Of a stretch of DNA of 58,837 nucleotides, positions 9,299 through 20,019 are shown one piece after another. Each line of letters begins with the position of its first letter. Position 1 is the stretch's first letter. Made by a program: the position numbers and the translations under genes. The notes under the pieces were generated by a model. The model saw only the letters and a program-made list of their open reading frames with translations. It did no database searches and had not been told where the DNA came from. The DNA comes from an uncultured Bacteroidales bacterium (lineage in GTDB: Bacteria > Bacteroidota > Bacteroidia > Bacteroidales > UBA932). The stretch lies in NCBI GenBank assembly GCA_944326375.1, contig CALVDU010000129.1, positions 1 through 58,837 of the forward strand, read 5' to 3'.

Positions 9299-11224
9299 AT
9301 GGATATGAAGAAAATCATTATAATTCTTGCCTGTATGGCGGCATTTGTTTCCTGCAAGACCAAGATTGCCCCGGAAGTACGGACCGAATTGTCGGCAGAG
9401 CCTGCCGAAATCATAGTTACCGCCGCTGATACATACGCATCATTCAATATTGTTTCCAATGCCAGTTGGCAGGTGGAATGCGTATCGGCGGTACCGACCC
9501 TCGACAAGGACAATTGGCTTTCAGGATTTACGAAATACGGCGTAAATGATGGCCTTGTGGAGGTGGAATTTACGGAAAACCATGAACGGAACGTCACAAG
9601 GACGGCTACTTTTTCTGTCTATGCCAAGGACAAGGCAATCACTCTGACGCTGACGCAGCGTCCTGTGGATTTTGTGGCGGAACTTACGGTGGCAGAGCCG
9701 GAAAGACAGGTGGACTACAATGTCAAGAAAGTAGAATTCGAAGTAAAGTCCAATGTCCCTTGGTCCGTTTCCTCGGATTCCGACTGGGTGCGTTCATATA
9801 CCAGGACCGGCAATGAAGACGGTACGATAACCGTGGAATTTGATTATAATCCGGAAACCATTTCCCGCGAGGCTTCGTTGACAGTGAATTCCGAAGCAGG
9901 GGAAACCGTGCTGAAGATAACCCAGGGCGGAGGTCCTGCTCCAGAAGCAGCTGTCGATGTCACGGCTGCGGAGTTCGTGGCCGCACCTGAGAGCAGTTCC
10001 GAACTTTACCGGCTTTCCGGAATCATAGAGAACATGGTAAGCTCCACATACGGAAGCATGCGAATCAAAGATGCCACCGGCTCTGCCTTCGTATACTGTC
10101 TGCTTCCGGAAAAGGACGGCCAGGAAGCCACTTTCAGCAAACTCGGGCTCGGAGTCGGGGACTACATCGTCATGGTCGGGCATAAGCGGGTTTCCACGGT
10201 TGGCGGCCTGCGGGCTGACGAACTGGTGGACGGGTATCAGGAGAGCCACAAAACCGTCGGTACGCTGTCCATAGAGGACTACAACAGGCTACCTGACGGC
10301 AAGGTCAACTGGTACAGGCTCAAAGGCGAGGTGACATCAATATCGGACAATGTTAACGGCTCTTTCACGATGGATGACGGAACCGGTACGGTTGAGGTAA
10401 AGAGCCTGCTTACGGGAGTCAATGGTGAGAGCGGCAAGTTTTCAGAACTGGGCATAGGGGCAGGTTCCAGGATTACTGTCATAGCGGCTGAAAAAGCCGA
10501 CGGGAGCGTTGCTGTAGCCTATTATGAGAAATCCAAAGATCCGGCACTTGAGCCTGGCGTCATCGCAAGATGGAGCTTCACTCCTGATGCGGTGACGGCT
10601 GCTGGTTCGGATATGACATGGACTGGAAGCAAAATGGATGCGGCCGGGAAAAAAGATGCGTCGGAATATGATAATTCCGAAGGTGACGGCGGCCGGTATA
10701 TCGACTCGGGCGAGGGCAGCGGACGCATGACTTTTGTCCAAAGTGACAAGACCGCACTGGACCCTGACGGCGATATCTCCCGAAGAATAATGTATTATTC
10801 CGGACAGCCGGGGGCCCATGGACTTGCCATGGATGATTGTTTCCTGTTTGCTGTGAATGCCGGAATGACTGTCCCTGCCGGTACTCGGCTGAAGTTCTCA
10901 TTCTGCGTAAGGCCGGAAGCGGGCGGAGCCGGATATTTCATGGTGGAATATCTCAATGGTGACGAGTGGAAGCCTGTGGCCGGATTGACTCGCTCGTCCA
11001 TTGACGGATATACCTACAATCTGCGCAGGGAGACCTCGGAACAGACTCTGACCGAATGCAATATAGTTACGGAACAGGACATGGATGCCATATCGGTCAG
11101 GATAAGGGTATCGGCGCCATATCTTGCCAACGGAAACAGATTTGACGGGCTTGCTTCCGGAGGTGTCCGCTTCAGGGGCCTCGTAAGCGGCAATGACTTG
11201 AGCCCGGTAATGGAAGCATTGTAA
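9299..11224 (+). CDS. Surface lipoprotein with two BACON domains, two OB-fold-like repeats and an unknown C-terminal domain
   Basis: Lipobox FVSC; BACON motifs SNASW..W..N..R..LTLTQ and SNVPW..DW..N..R..LKITQ; repeat pair YRLSGII..GSMRIKDATG / YRLKGEV..GSFTMDDGTG. Confidence 0.75.
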   Translation: MDMKKIIIILACMAAFVSCKTKIAPEVRTELSAEPAEIIVTAADTYASFNIVSNASWQVECVSAVPTLDKDNWLSGFTKYGVNDGLVEVEFTENHERNVTRTATFSVYAKDKAITLTLTQRPVDFVAELTVAEPERQVDYNVKKVEFEVKSNVPWSVSSDSDWVRSYTRTGNEDGTITVEFDYNPETISREASLTVNSEAGETVLKITQGGGPAPEAAVDVTAAEFVAAPESSSELYRLSGIIENMVSSTYGSMRIKDATGSAFVYCLLPEKDGQEATFSKLGLGVGDYIVMVGHKRVSTVGGLRADELVDGYQESHKTVGTLSIEDYNRLPDGKVNWYRLKGEVTSISDNVNGSFTMDDGTGTVEVKSLLTGVNGESGKFSELGIGAGSRITVIAAEKADGSVAVAYYEKSKDPALEPGVIARWSFTPDAVTAAGSDMTWTGSKMDAAGKKDASEYDNSEGDGGRYIDSGEGSGRMTFVQSDKTALDPDGDISRRIMYYSGQPGAHGLAMDDCFLFAVNAGMTVPAGTRLKFSFCVRPEAGGAGYFMVEYLNGDEWKPVAGLTRSSIDGYTYNLRRETSEQTLTECNIVTEQDMDAISVRIRVSAPYLANGNRFDGLASGGVRFRGLVSGNDLSPVMEAL

Positions 11225-11235
11225 AAAGATTTTTT

Positions 11236-12777
11236 ATGAAGAATATGATTGCAGTTGCATTCCTATGTATGAATGCCATCTTCCTGTATGCACAGGAACA
11301 GTCTCCGCTTTTTCAGGAGGAAAGGGCGGCACAGGAAAAACTCGACACGTATGACCATCGTCCGGTGTATCATTTCACGAGCCCCAAAAACAGGTTCAAT
11401 GACCCCAACGGGTTGTGTTTCTGGAAGGGGAATTGGCATCTTTTTTATCAGGTATATGAAGTTCCCGACGAGGGACATCATTGGGGACATGCCGTAAGCA
11501 AGGACCTCATCCATTGGATTGACCTTCCTGGAGCCATATATCCGGGACCTGAAGAGAAAGTCTATTCCGGCACGACATACGTGGAAGAAGACCGGGTTAT
11601 AGCGACATATTACGGCAAGCCGATAGGCGAAATGATAGCGGTAGCGTCAGATTCACTGCTTCTGGACTGGAAGAAGGTAGGGGGCAAGCCTGTAATTTTC
11701 TCTCCGGAAGATGAGGATGCTCCGTACAAAATCTTCGACCCGTGCCTCTGGAAAGAGGGTGAATACTATTATCTGATTTCAGGCAGCACCAGGGCCGAGG
11801 GACCAGACGGAAGAAAAATTCCTGCGGAATACCTGTTCAGGAGCAAGGATCTGAAGAACTGGGAATACAGGCATCAGTTCCTTGCAGATGACATGTTTTC
11901 AAGGGTAGGCGATGACGGCGCTTGTCCGTATTTTCTTCCTATCGGTAAAGACAGGCACCTTCTTATCCATTTTTCGCACAAAAGCGGGGCAAAGTATCTT
12001 GTCGGCAGGTATGACAGGAACAAGGAGCTTTTCCGGATCACCAACGGCGGCTTCATAAACAATGGCCCTGTGGGCCTTGGAGGGGTGCATGCCCCGTCGG
12101 CCTTTCCTCTCGGGAACGGGGAAGCCGTGGCGATATACAATACCAAGTCGAACAATTATGCCAAAGGCACGTTCAACGAATGCATGACATTGCCCCAGTT
12201 GCTGACGGTCGATGATATGGACAGGCTGGTCACACGTCCGTATGGAGATTATGAATCATTGAGATATGATCATGTGGCTCTCGAAAATGTGGAGTTGCCG
12301 TTTCGTCAGGAAGTCTCTCTCCCGGATGTCAGCGGAAAGGCGATGGAGATAGAAATGCTTTTCAACGATGCCACACGCGACATAGCCGTGGACGTGCTTG
12401 CCGATCCTGAAAAGAAAGAATATACGAGGATAATCTTCAGAAGAGGACGCGGTTTCATTGACAGATCCAGGAATGGCGGGGACAACAGCAAGCCGAGCGT
12501 GATTGAAATAGATCCGACGTTCTGCAGCAGCAAACCGGGATTTTCCAGCCGTCTTCCTGAAATCAAGGAATTTGCCATGGACAAGGATGAACCTCTGAAA
12601 CTCAATATCTTCATAGACCATTCGATTGTGGAGGTCTTCGTCAATGACAGGCAATGGGCAATGCTCCGCGTATGGCCTGTCCTGGACAACAGCACAGGAG
12701 TCAGGGTGACTGCCTTGTCGGAGGATTCCCGTATAGTGAAACTGGACGCATGGCAGATGAAAGGAATTTTTGAATGA
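11236..12777 (+). CDS. Glycoside hydrolase family 32-like protein with atypical catalytic motifs
   Basis: Signal peptide; RPVYHF, FNDPNG, WHLFYQ, HWGHAVSKDLIHW, YSG, FDP, GACP, C-terminal IDHSIVEVF. Confidence 0.85.
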   Translation: MKNMIAVAFLCMNAIFLYAQEQSPLFQEERAAQEKLDTYDHRPVYHFTSPKNRFNDPNGLCFWKGNWHLFYQVYEVPDEGHHWGHAVSKDLIHWIDLPGAIYPGPEEKVYSGTTYVEEDRVIATYYGKPIGEMIAVASDSLLLDWKKVGGKPVIFSPEDEDAPYKIFDPCLWKEGEYYYLISGSTRAEGPDGRKIPAEYLFRSKDLKNWEYRHQFLADDMFSRVGDDGACPYFLPIGKDRHLLIHFSHKSGAKYLVGRYDRNKELFRITNGGFINNGPVGLGGVHAPSAFPLGNGEAVAIYNTKSNNYAKGTFNECMTLPQLLTVDDMDRLVTRPYGDYESLRYDHVALENVELPFRQEVSLPDVSGKAMEIEMLFNDATRDIAVDVLADPEKKEYTRIIFRRGRGFIDRSRNGGDNSKPSVIEIDPTFCSSKPGFSSRLPEIKEFAMDKDEPLKLNIFIDHSIVEVFVNDRQWAMLRVWPVLDNSTGVRVTALSEDSRIVKLDAWQMKGIFE

Positions 12778-12797
12778 ATCTTACTTATAGGACAGAT

Positions 12798-14384
12798 ATG
12801 GACAGCAAATATGTTATAGGAATAGATTTCGGAAGCGACTCCGTCCGCAGCATAGTCGTGGACGCAGCCGACGGTTCGGAACTGGCGAATGCAGTGGTGG
12901 AATATCCGTTATGGAAACAGGGAAAGTACTGCAACCCATCCGAAAACAGGTATCGTCAGCATCCGCGGGAGCATCTTGACTGTTTGGAAAGATGCCTGAA
13001 TGCCATGTTGGACAAGTGTGCACCTGAAGTGAGGAAAGCCGTGGCAGGCATATCATTGGATTCCACGGCATCCACACCCGTGATTACCGACAGGAACGGG
13101 ACGCCTTTGGCCATGTTGCCTGAATTCAGCGAAGATCCCGATGCAATGTTCGTATTGTGGAAAGACCATACTGCGATAGACGAGGCAGACCGGATAAACG
13201 AAGTTTCATGGAACTGGAAAGAGGATTTTACCCGTTTCAGCGGTGGAGCATATTCCTGTGAATGGGATTGGGCGAAGGTCTTGCATGTCCTGAGGACAAA
13301 TCCTGCGGTCCGGGCCAAGGCTTATTCATGGGTGGAGCATTGCGACTGGATTACCGGTACCCTTTGCGGCAATACTGTTCCGGAAACGATGGCGAGAAGC
13401 CGATGCGTGGCAGGACATAAAGCCATGTGGAATGCGGCATGGGGAGGTCTTCCGTCATGGGAATTTCTCCATGAAGTAGATCCGTTGCTGGATGTGTTCA
13501 AAGGGCATCTGTATACTGAAACCCTCACGGGGGACATACGTATCGGAGGTCTCTGTACCGAATGGGCCGGGAAACTCGGATTAAATCCTGGGATAGCCGT
13601 CGGGCCAGGCGCCATCGACTGCCATGTGGGGGCAGTCGGCGCCGGCATAGATCAGGGAACGCTCGTGAAGGTGATGGGCACGTCGACCTGCGACATCTAT
13701 ACCGGAAGGTATGAAGATGTCGGAGACAGGCCCGTAAAGGGAATCTGCGGACAGGTGGACGGTTCCGTCCTGCCGGGATTCGTAGGTTTCGAAGCCGGAC
13801 AGTCCGCATTCGGCGATGTATATGCGTGGCTGTCACGGTTTACTGGCAAAAGCATACCGGAACTTACGGAAGAAGCGGAAAAACTTCCTGTCACGCCGGA
13901 GGATATGGTGGCTCTGGACTGGTTCAACGGCCGCAGGACGCCGGATGCCGATCACAGGGTAAAGGCGGCAATATGCGGACTGACCCTCGGAAGTACGCCG
14001 GGAGAAGTCTTCAAGGCGTTGGTGGAGGCAACGGCATTCGGCTCAAGGGCGATCAACGAACGTTTTGAGGAAGAAGGCATCCCTGTCAGGAAAATAGTTG
14101 CCGTGGGCGGCATATCGAGGAAGTCTCCATACGTGATGCAGACGATGGCGGATGTGATGGGCATGCCTGTCTCAGTCGTGGACAGCGACCAGACCTGTGC
14201 CCTCGGTGCCGCAATGTTCGCTGCAGTTGCCGCAGGAATCTACGGAAGCGTGCCGGAAGCGCAGAAAGCCATGAATGTGAAATACTGTGCCGAATACGTG
14301 CCTGATGCCGGCAAATCCGGAATCTACGACAGGCTTTATGCAAAATACAGAAAATTGGGACTGGCGGCAGCCGGCCTCAAATAA
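12798..14384 (+). CDS. araB: Ribulokinase (FGGY family, AraB-type)
   Basis: [55 protein letters not shown]; alternative ATG at 12774. Confidence 0.9.
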   Translation: MDSKYVIGIDFGSDSVRSIVVDAADGSELANAVVEYPLWKQGKYCNPSENRYRQHPREHLDCLERCLNAMLDKCAPEVRKAVAGISLDSTASTPVITDRNGTPLAMLPEFSEDPDAMFVLWKDHTAIDEADRINEVSWNWKEDFTRFSGGAYSCEWDWAKVLHVLRTNPAVRAKAYSWVEHCDWITGTLCGNTVPETMARSRCVAGHKAMWNAAWGGLPSWEFLHEVDPLLDVFKGHLYTETLTGDIRIGGLCTEWAGKLGLNPGIAVGPGAIDCHVGAVGAGIDQGTLVKVMGTSTCDIYTGRYEDVGDRPVKGICGQVDGSVLPGFVGFEAGQSAFGDVYAWLSRFTGKSIPELTEEAEKLPVTPEDMVALDWFNGRRTPDADHRVKAAICGLTLGSTPGEVFKALVEATAFGSRAINERFEEEGIPVRKIVAVGGISRKSPYVMQTMADVMGMPVSVVDSDQTCALGAAMFAAVAAGIYGSVPEAQKAMNVKYCAEYVPDAGKSGIYDRLYAKYRKLGLAAAGLK

Positions 14385-14410
14385 CAATAACCAATAATAT
14401 TTTCAATATC

Positions 14411-16186
14411 ATGACTGCAAATCATCCAAAAATCGGAATCCGTCCGATCATCGACGGCCGGAGGGGCGGTATCCGCGAATCGCTCGAAGACATGACTATG
14501 GGTATGGCAAAACTCGTTGCTGACCTGTACTCGTCGGAACTTTATTACAATGACGGCTCGCATGTGGAATGCGTCATAGCTGACACGACCATCGGAGGTG
14601 TCGCCGAAGCTGCTGCCGCCACTGAAAAATTCAAGGCCAACAATGTCGGGGCCGTCATTTCCGTAACCCCGTGCTGGTGCTACGGGGCGGAAACCATAGA
14701 CATGGACCCGCTCATGCCAAAGGCAATCTGGGGATTCAACAAGACTGAACGTCCGGGCGCTGTCTATCTTGCTTCAGCCCTTGCCGGGCACAATCAGAAA
14801 GGTCTTCCTGCATTCGGCATTTACGGCAAGGATGTGCAGGACAAGGATGACATGACGATCACCCCAGATGTCAGGGAAAAACTTCTTCTGTTCGGAAAGG
14901 CAGCGGTAGCCGTCATGCAGATGAAAGGCAAATCATATCTGAGCATAGGTTCCGTTTCCATGGGAATCGCCGGGTCCACTCCGATTCCGGATTTCTTCCA
15001 GGACTATCTCGGAATGCGCAACGAATATGTGGACTGCTCCGAAATCGAGAGGAGGGTGCAATTGGGCATCTACGACCATGAGGAATTCGACCGTGCGATG
15101 AAATGGGTCGAGTCCAACTGCAAGACCCATGAGGGAGAAGACCTGAATCCGAAGCACCTGTGCTATGACAGGGAGAACCTCGACCGGGTATGGGAGTATG
15201 TCGTAAAGATGACCATCATATTCAGGGATCTGATGATTGGCAACCCTAAACTTGCGGAACTGGGATTCAAGGAAGAGGCCTGCGGACACAATGCAATCGT
15301 CGGAGGCTTCCAGGGACAGCGCCAGTGGACTGACTTCAAACCGGACGGAGACTTTTCCGAAGCGATCCTCAATACTTCGTTCGACTGGAACGGCATCCGT
15401 CCTCCGTTCACGTTCGCTACCGAGAATGACACGCTGAACGGCATAACGATGCTTTTCCTCCAATTGATTACCAACAGGGCCCAGATGTTCTCGGATGTCC
15501 GCTGCTGCTGGACGCCGGAAGCGTACAAGAGGGTTACCGGAAAGAAATTGTCCGGACATGCCTCTGTGGGTGTGATCCATCTCATCAATTCAGGCTCCAC
15601 TACGCTCGATGCGACAGGAAGAATGGAGAACGAGGCCGGAGAACCGGTAATGAAACGCTTCTGGGAGATTACCCAAAAGGATGTGGACGCTTGCCTGGAG
15701 AACACTTTGTGGAGACCTGCCGGACGGGAGTATATGAGGGGAGGCGGATTCTCATCAAACTTCCTTACAAGGGGCGAGATGCCTATGACCATGTGCCGCA
15801 TAAATCTCATAAAGGGACTCGGGCCTGTAATGCAGATTGCAGAAGGCTGGGCCGTGAACCTCGACAAGGATGCGTTCGCAATAATTGACAAGAGGACTGA
15901 CCCGTCATGGCCGAGCACCTTCTTCTCTCCGAGGACGACTGGTGAAGGAGCATTCAAGGATGCCTACTCGGTCATGAACAACTGGGGAGCAAACCACGGT
16001 GCAATCAGTTATGGCCATGTCGGCGCTGAAATGATAACTCTCGCATCCATGCTCCGCATACCTGTATGCATGCACAACGTGCCAGAAGACAAGATATTCC
16101 GGCCGAGCGCATGGGCGGCATTCGGAATGGACAAAGAGGGTGCCGATTTCAGGGCCTGCATGAATTATGGCCCTATATACGGCTGA
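14411..16186 (+). CDS. fucI: L-fucose isomerase / D-arabinose isomerase
   Basis: [65 protein letters not shown]. Confidence 0.95.
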   Translation: MTANHPKIGIRPIIDGRRGGIRESLEDMTMGMAKLVADLYSSELYYNDGSHVECVIADTTIGGVAEAAAATEKFKANNVGAVISVTPCWCYGAETIDMDPLMPKAIWGFNKTERPGAVYLASALAGHNQKGLPAFGIYGKDVQDKDDMTITPDVREKLLLFGKAAVAVMQMKGKSYLSIGSVSMGIAGSTPIPDFFQDYLGMRNEYVDCSEIERRVQLGIYDHEEFDRAMKWVESNCKTHEGEDLNPKHLCYDRENLDRVWEYVVKMTIIFRDLMIGNPKLAELGFKEEACGHNAIVGGFQGQRQWTDFKPDGDFSEAILNTSFDWNGIRPPFTFATENDTLNGITMLFLQLITNRAQMFSDVRCCWTPEAYKRVTGKKLSGHASVGVIHLINSGSTTLDATGRMENEAGEPVMKRFWEITQKDVDACLENTLWRPAGREYMRGGGFSSNFLTRGEMPMTMCRINLIKGLGPVMQIAEGWAVNLDKDAFAIIDKRTDPSWPSTFFSPRTTGEGAFKDAYSVMNNWGANHGAISYGHVGAEMITLASMLRIPVCMHNVPEDKIFRPSAWAAFGMDKEGADFRACMNYGPIYG

Positions 16187-16244
16187 TGTCCCTGAATTTT
16201 TTCAAAAAATTTCCGTAAAACTGGTTTTTGTAAATAAAAACTTC

Positions 16245-16252
16245 TATCTTTG
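16245..16252 (+). promoter_or_regulatory. Bacteroidota primary-sigma -7 element for the leu-ilv operon
   Basis: TATCTTTG matches TAnnTTTG in an AT-rich intergenic region, about 20 nt upstream of the leader ORF. Confidence 0.7.
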
Positions 16253-16271
16253 TAGAGTTGACGTTTTGAAA

Positions 16272-16328
16272 ATGCACAATATTATTGTCATATCCATTCT
16301 ATCCCTACTACGGAATTTCATTTCGTGA
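16272..16328 (+). CDS. Putative leu/ilv attenuator leader peptide MHNIIVISILSLLRNFIS
   Basis: ATG CAC AAT ATT ATT GTC ATA TCC ATT CTA TCC CTA CTA CGG AAT TTC ATT TCG TGA; 9 of 18 residues are Ile/Leu/Val and all three Leu codons are CTA; lies between promoter and terminator upstream of leuA. Confidence 0.8.
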   Translation: MHNIIVISILSLLRNFIS

Positions 16329-16383
16329 AACTCTGGAGAGGGATTGCTTGTGACATGGCGTAATGATATTTTTACGGATACCC

Positions 16384-16424
16384 AAGGGCCTCGGGAGTTT
16401 CTTCCTTGAGGCTCTTTTGTTTTT
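16384..16424 (+). terminator. Intrinsic terminator (attenuator) in the leuA leader
   Basis: AAGGGCCTCGGG...CTTGAGGCTCTT stem (with G-U pairs) running into TTTTGTTTTTG. Confidence 0.75.
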
Positions 16425-16493
16425 GCCTTCATGGCATCCCCGGGCATCCGGCAGGGAAGACGTTGGAAAAGTAAAACACGAACTTACTATATT

Positions 16494-17990
16494 ATGGACC
16501 AGAAACTTTATGTTTTCGACACTACACTGAGAGACGGGGAGCAGGTTCCCGGCTGCCAATTGAACACGATTGAAAAGATTGAACTCGCAAAGCTGCTTGA
16601 AGCGATGAAGGTCGACATCATCGAATGCGGATTCCCCATTTCGAGCCCCGGTGACTTCAAGTCCATCGTGGAAATCTCCAAAATCGTGACGGAGTCAACA
16701 ATCTGCGCCCTCTCCCGTGCAGTGGAAAAGGACATCGACGCAGCTGCCGACGCCCTCCATTTTGCCAGGAGGAAGAGAATCCACACCGGCATCGGCACAT
16801 CCGACTACCATATAAAATACAAATTCAACTCCAACCGTGATGAAATCCTCGAAAGGGGAATAAAGGCGGTAAAATATGCCCGCAGATTCGTGGACGACGT
16901 GGAATTCTACGCAGAAGACGCAGGAAGGACAGACAACGAATACCTCGCACGCGTAGTCGAGGCCGTAATCGCAGCAGGAGCCACTACCGTGAACATTCCA
17001 GACACCACAGGCTACTGCCTTCCGGAGGAATACGGCGCCAAGATAAAATATCTCTTCGACCATGTGCCGAACATCGACAAGGCGATAATCTCCACCCATT
17101 GCCACAATGACCTCGGAATGGCTACAGCCAACACGATATCCGGCATACTCAACGGCGCAAGACAGGTCGAAGTGACCATGAACGGCGTAGGCGAAAGGGC
17201 AGGGAATACGGCCATGGAGGAAGTGGTAATGGCAATAAAGTGCCGCAAGGACATTCCTGTCTATACGGACATCGTGACCTCGCACTTCAATAAGGTTTCA
17301 CACTCCGTCTCCACCCTCATGCGCATGCCGGTGCAGCCTAACAAGGCTATCGTCGGAAGAAACGCATTCGCCCACTCTTCGGGCATTCATCAGGACGGCG
17401 TGCTCAAGAACAGGGAAAGTTACGAAATCATCGACCCTGCCGACGTGGGAGTGAACGATTCCACGATTGAACTTACCGCAAGAAGCGGACGTGCAGCCCT
17501 GAACCATCATTTCCAGAGGCTCGGCATAAATCTCAACAAGGAAGAACTGGACTCGGCATACGACAAGTTCCTTAAACTGGCCGACTGCAAGAAAGAAATC
17601 AACGACAATGACCTCTATGTCATCGCAGGCGTGACCCAGGACAAACTGAAGCAGAAAATCCGCCTGAAATATCTTCAGGTGGTCTGCGGAAAGAACGCAA
17701 TCCCCATGGCGACCGTCAAACTCGTCATCGACGGGGAGGAATGCGTTGCCACATCGAGCGGAAACGGTCCGGTAGATGCTGCGTTCAAGGCGGTCAAGAG
17801 CCTGATCCACAGGAAAATCACTCTCGAGGAATATCTCGTGCAGGCGATTACCCGCGGGACGGACGATGTGGGCAAGGTCCACATACAGATCGAGAACAAG
17901 GGCAACATCTACTACGGATTCTCGGCGAACACGGACATCGTGACGGCATCCGTGGAGGCATACGTCAACGCAATATCCAAAATCCTGTAA
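16494..17990 (+). CDS. leuA: 2-isopropylmalate synthase
   Basis: [33 protein letters not shown]-terminal regulatory domain GNGPVDA; start chosen at MDQKL. Confidence 0.95.
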   Translation: MDQKLYVFDTTLRDGEQVPGCQLNTIEKIELAKLLEAMKVDIIECGFPISSPGDFKSIVEISKIVTESTICALSRAVEKDIDAAADALHFARRKRIHTGIGTSDYHIKYKFNSNRDEILERGIKAVKYARRFVDDVEFYAEDAGRTDNEYLARVVEAVIAAGATTVNIPDTTGYCLPEEYGAKIKYLFDHVPNIDKAIISTHCHNDLGMATANTISGILNGARQVEVTMNGVGERAGNTAMEEVVMAIKCRKDIPVYTDIVTSHFNKVSHSVSTLMRMPVQPNKAIVGRNAFAHSSGIHQDGVLKNRESYEIIDPADVGVNDSTIELTARSGRAALNHHFQRLGINLNKEELDSAYDKFLKLADCKKEINDNDLYVIAGVTQDKLKQKIRLKYLQVVCGKNAIPMATVKLVIDGEECVATSSGNGPVDAAFKAVKSLIHRKITLEEYLVQAITRGTDDVGKVHIQIENKGNIYYGFSANTDIVTASVEAYVNAISKIL

Positions 17991-17994
17991 GACA

Positions 17995-19380
17995 ATGGGA
18001 AAGACTCTTTTCGACAAGATATGGGAAAACCATGTGGTAAAACACATTCCCGAAGGACCCGACGTGCTCTATGTGGACAGGCATCTCGTCCATGAGGTGA
18101 CTTCCCCGCAGGCATTCAGCGCATTGCGCACAAGGGGGCTGAAGGTGTTCCGTCCTGACAGGACATTCGCAACATGTGACCACAATGTCCCGACCCTCGG
18201 GCAGGACAAGCCGATTGAAGACCCCGTTTCGGCGAAGGCTGTGGCGCAACTGGCTGAAAATACGGCAGAAAACGGCGTGAGATATTTTCCTCTCGGCGAT
18301 CCGGGCAACGGCATTGTCCATGTCATCGGACCGGAAAGGGGCATAGTCCTCTGCGGACAGACGGTCGTGTGCGGCGACAGCCATACGGCGACCCACGGAG
18401 CTTTCGGCAACATAGCCTTCGGCATAGGCACAAGCGAGGTTGAAATGGTCCTCGCAACGCAATGCCTCATGCAGACAAAACCAAGACAGACAAGGATAAC
18501 CGTAAACGGCAAACTGCGCAGCAACGTCACTCCGAAAGACGTGATCCTGTACATAATATCAAAACTCGGCACGGACGGATGCACGGGCAGTTTTGTGGAA
18601 TATGCCGGCGAGGTCTTCCGTGACATGAGCATGGAAGGCAGGATGACGGTCTGCAACATGAGCATAGAAATGGGCGCAAGGGGCGGAATAGTCGCTCCCG
18701 ACGCTACAACATTTGACTACATCAGGGGCAGGCAGTTCGCTCCGGCAGGAGAAGAATTTGAAAAGGCTGTCGCCGGATGGTCGCACTTGAACACAGACAT
18801 TGATGCCGTGTTCGACACTGAATATTCGTTCGACGCAGCCGACATCGCACCTATGGTCACATACGGTACAAATCCGGGCATGGGCGTGGCAATTGACGGC
18901 GTGATTCCGGACAACGCGGCAGGCTGTGATGAAGCCACATTCAGCAAGGCTCTCGAATACATGGGCTTCCGGAAAGGTGAACCGATGCTCGGAAAGAAAG
19001 TCGACTATGTGTTCGTAGGCTCGTGCACGAACGGCAGGATTGAGGATTTCAGGGCTTTCGCAAAGGCTGTGGCAGGACGCCGCAAATGCGACGACGTGAC
19101 GGTCTGGCTCGTGCCCGGCTCAAAGGAAGTAGAGGCGAAAATCGAGGCGGAGGGAATAGGCGACCGGCTGCGTTCCTGCGGCTTCGAAATCCGTCAGCCA
19201 GGCTGCTCGGCGTGTCTCGCAATGAATGCAGACAAAATCCCTGAAGGGAAATACGCCGTCTCCACATCCAACCGCAATTTCGAGGGCAGGCAGGGCTATG
19301 GCGCACGCACAATCCTTGCCGGAACGCTCGTGGCGGCAGAGGCGGCAGTCACGGGAAAAATCGGAATGCCTGCAAAATGA
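17995..19380 (+). CDS. leuC: 3-isopropylmalate dehydratase large subunit
   Basis: [44 protein letters not shown]. Confidence 0.97.
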   Translation: MGKTLFDKIWENHVVKHIPEGPDVLYVDRHLVHEVTSPQAFSALRTRGLKVFRPDRTFATCDHNVPTLGQDKPIEDPVSAKAVAQLAENTAENGVRYFPLGDPGNGIVHVIGPERGIVLCGQTVVCGDSHTATHGAFGNIAFGIGTSEVEMVLATQCLMQTKPRQTRITVNGKLRSNVTPKDVILYIISKLGTDGCTGSFVEYAGEVFRDMSMEGRMTVCNMSIEMGARGGIVAPDATTFDYIRGRQFAPAGEEFEKAVAGWSHLNTDIDAVFDTEYSFDAADIAPMVTYGTNPGMGVAIDGVIPDNAAGCDEATFSKALEYMGFRKGEPMLGKKVDYVFVGSCTNGRIEDFRAFAKAVAGRRKCDDVTVWLVPGSKEVEAKIEAEGIGDRLRSCGFEIRQPGCSACLAMNADKIPEGKYAVSTSNRNFEGRQGYGARTILAGTLVAAEAAVTGKIGMPAK

Positions 19381-19387
19381 CAATGAC

Positions 19388-19969
19388 ATGGAAAAGATAA
19401 ATGTGATAAAATCCACAGCGGTCCTCGTGCCCGTGGACAACATAGATACAGACCAGATCATCCCCGCCCGTTTCCTCAAGACGGTCACGAGGGAAGGGTT
19501 CGGAGAAAAACTCTTCTACGACTGGAGATTCAACGCTGACGGCTCGCATGTCGCATCGGTGCTGGACGGACAGACTGGGGAGATACTCGTGGCAGGCAAC
19601 AATTTCGGATGCGGCTCCAGCAGGGAACACGCCGCCTGGGCATTGCATGACGCCGGATTCAGGGCAGTGATTTCATCCTCTTTTGCCGACATATTCAGGA
19701 ACAATGCCCTGAACAATGCCCTCCTGCCGATCCGTGTGCCGGAAGATTTCCTCGAAAAGATATTCCAGGTGCTGAAATCTTCCCCTGGTACGGTGCTGAC
19801 GGTGGACCTCGGTGCTCAGACGCTGACCGTTCCCGGAGCAGGAGAGATGATGTTTGAAATAAATGCATACAAGAAAGAATGTCTGATGAAGGGCTATTCC
19901 GACATCGACTATCTTCTTGCCGACAAGGACGCCATCCTCAAATATGAGGCAGCGAGAAGCCCATTTTGA
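19388..19969 (+). CDS. leuD: 3-isopropylmalate dehydratase small subunit
   Basis: NIDTDQIIPARFL, NFGCGSSREHA, FADIFRNN; start at MEKINV. Confidence 0.95.
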   Translation: MEKINVIKSTAVLVPVDNIDTDQIIPARFLKTVTREGFGEKLFYDWRFNADGSHVASVLDGQTGEILVAGNNFGCGSSREHAAWALHDAGFRAVISSSFADIFRNNALNNALLPIRVPEDFLEKIFQVLKSSPGTVLTVDLGAQTLTVPGAGEMMFEINAYKKECLMKGYSDIDYLLADKDAILKYEAARSPF

Positions 19970-20019
19970 TGAAGTTGTAACTTCCGGCTCGAAGTTATTG
20001 TAAAAAAGAAACGAGAGAT

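Noticed and set aside
11236-14384. Ordinary fructan or L-arabinose PUL
   Set aside because: GH32 catalytic motifs are altered, and no fructokinase, araA or araD is present; this cannot be fully excluded without the upstream part
16194-16213. GAATTTTTTCAAAAAATTTC inverted repeat after fucI as a terminator
   Set aside because: Nearly all A/T with a minimal loop; too weak to call
16494-19380. Apparent C/A-rich composition of leuA-leuC suggesting inversion or transfer
   Set aside because: Spot counts were inconsistent; it would need a computed GC-skew or codon analysis
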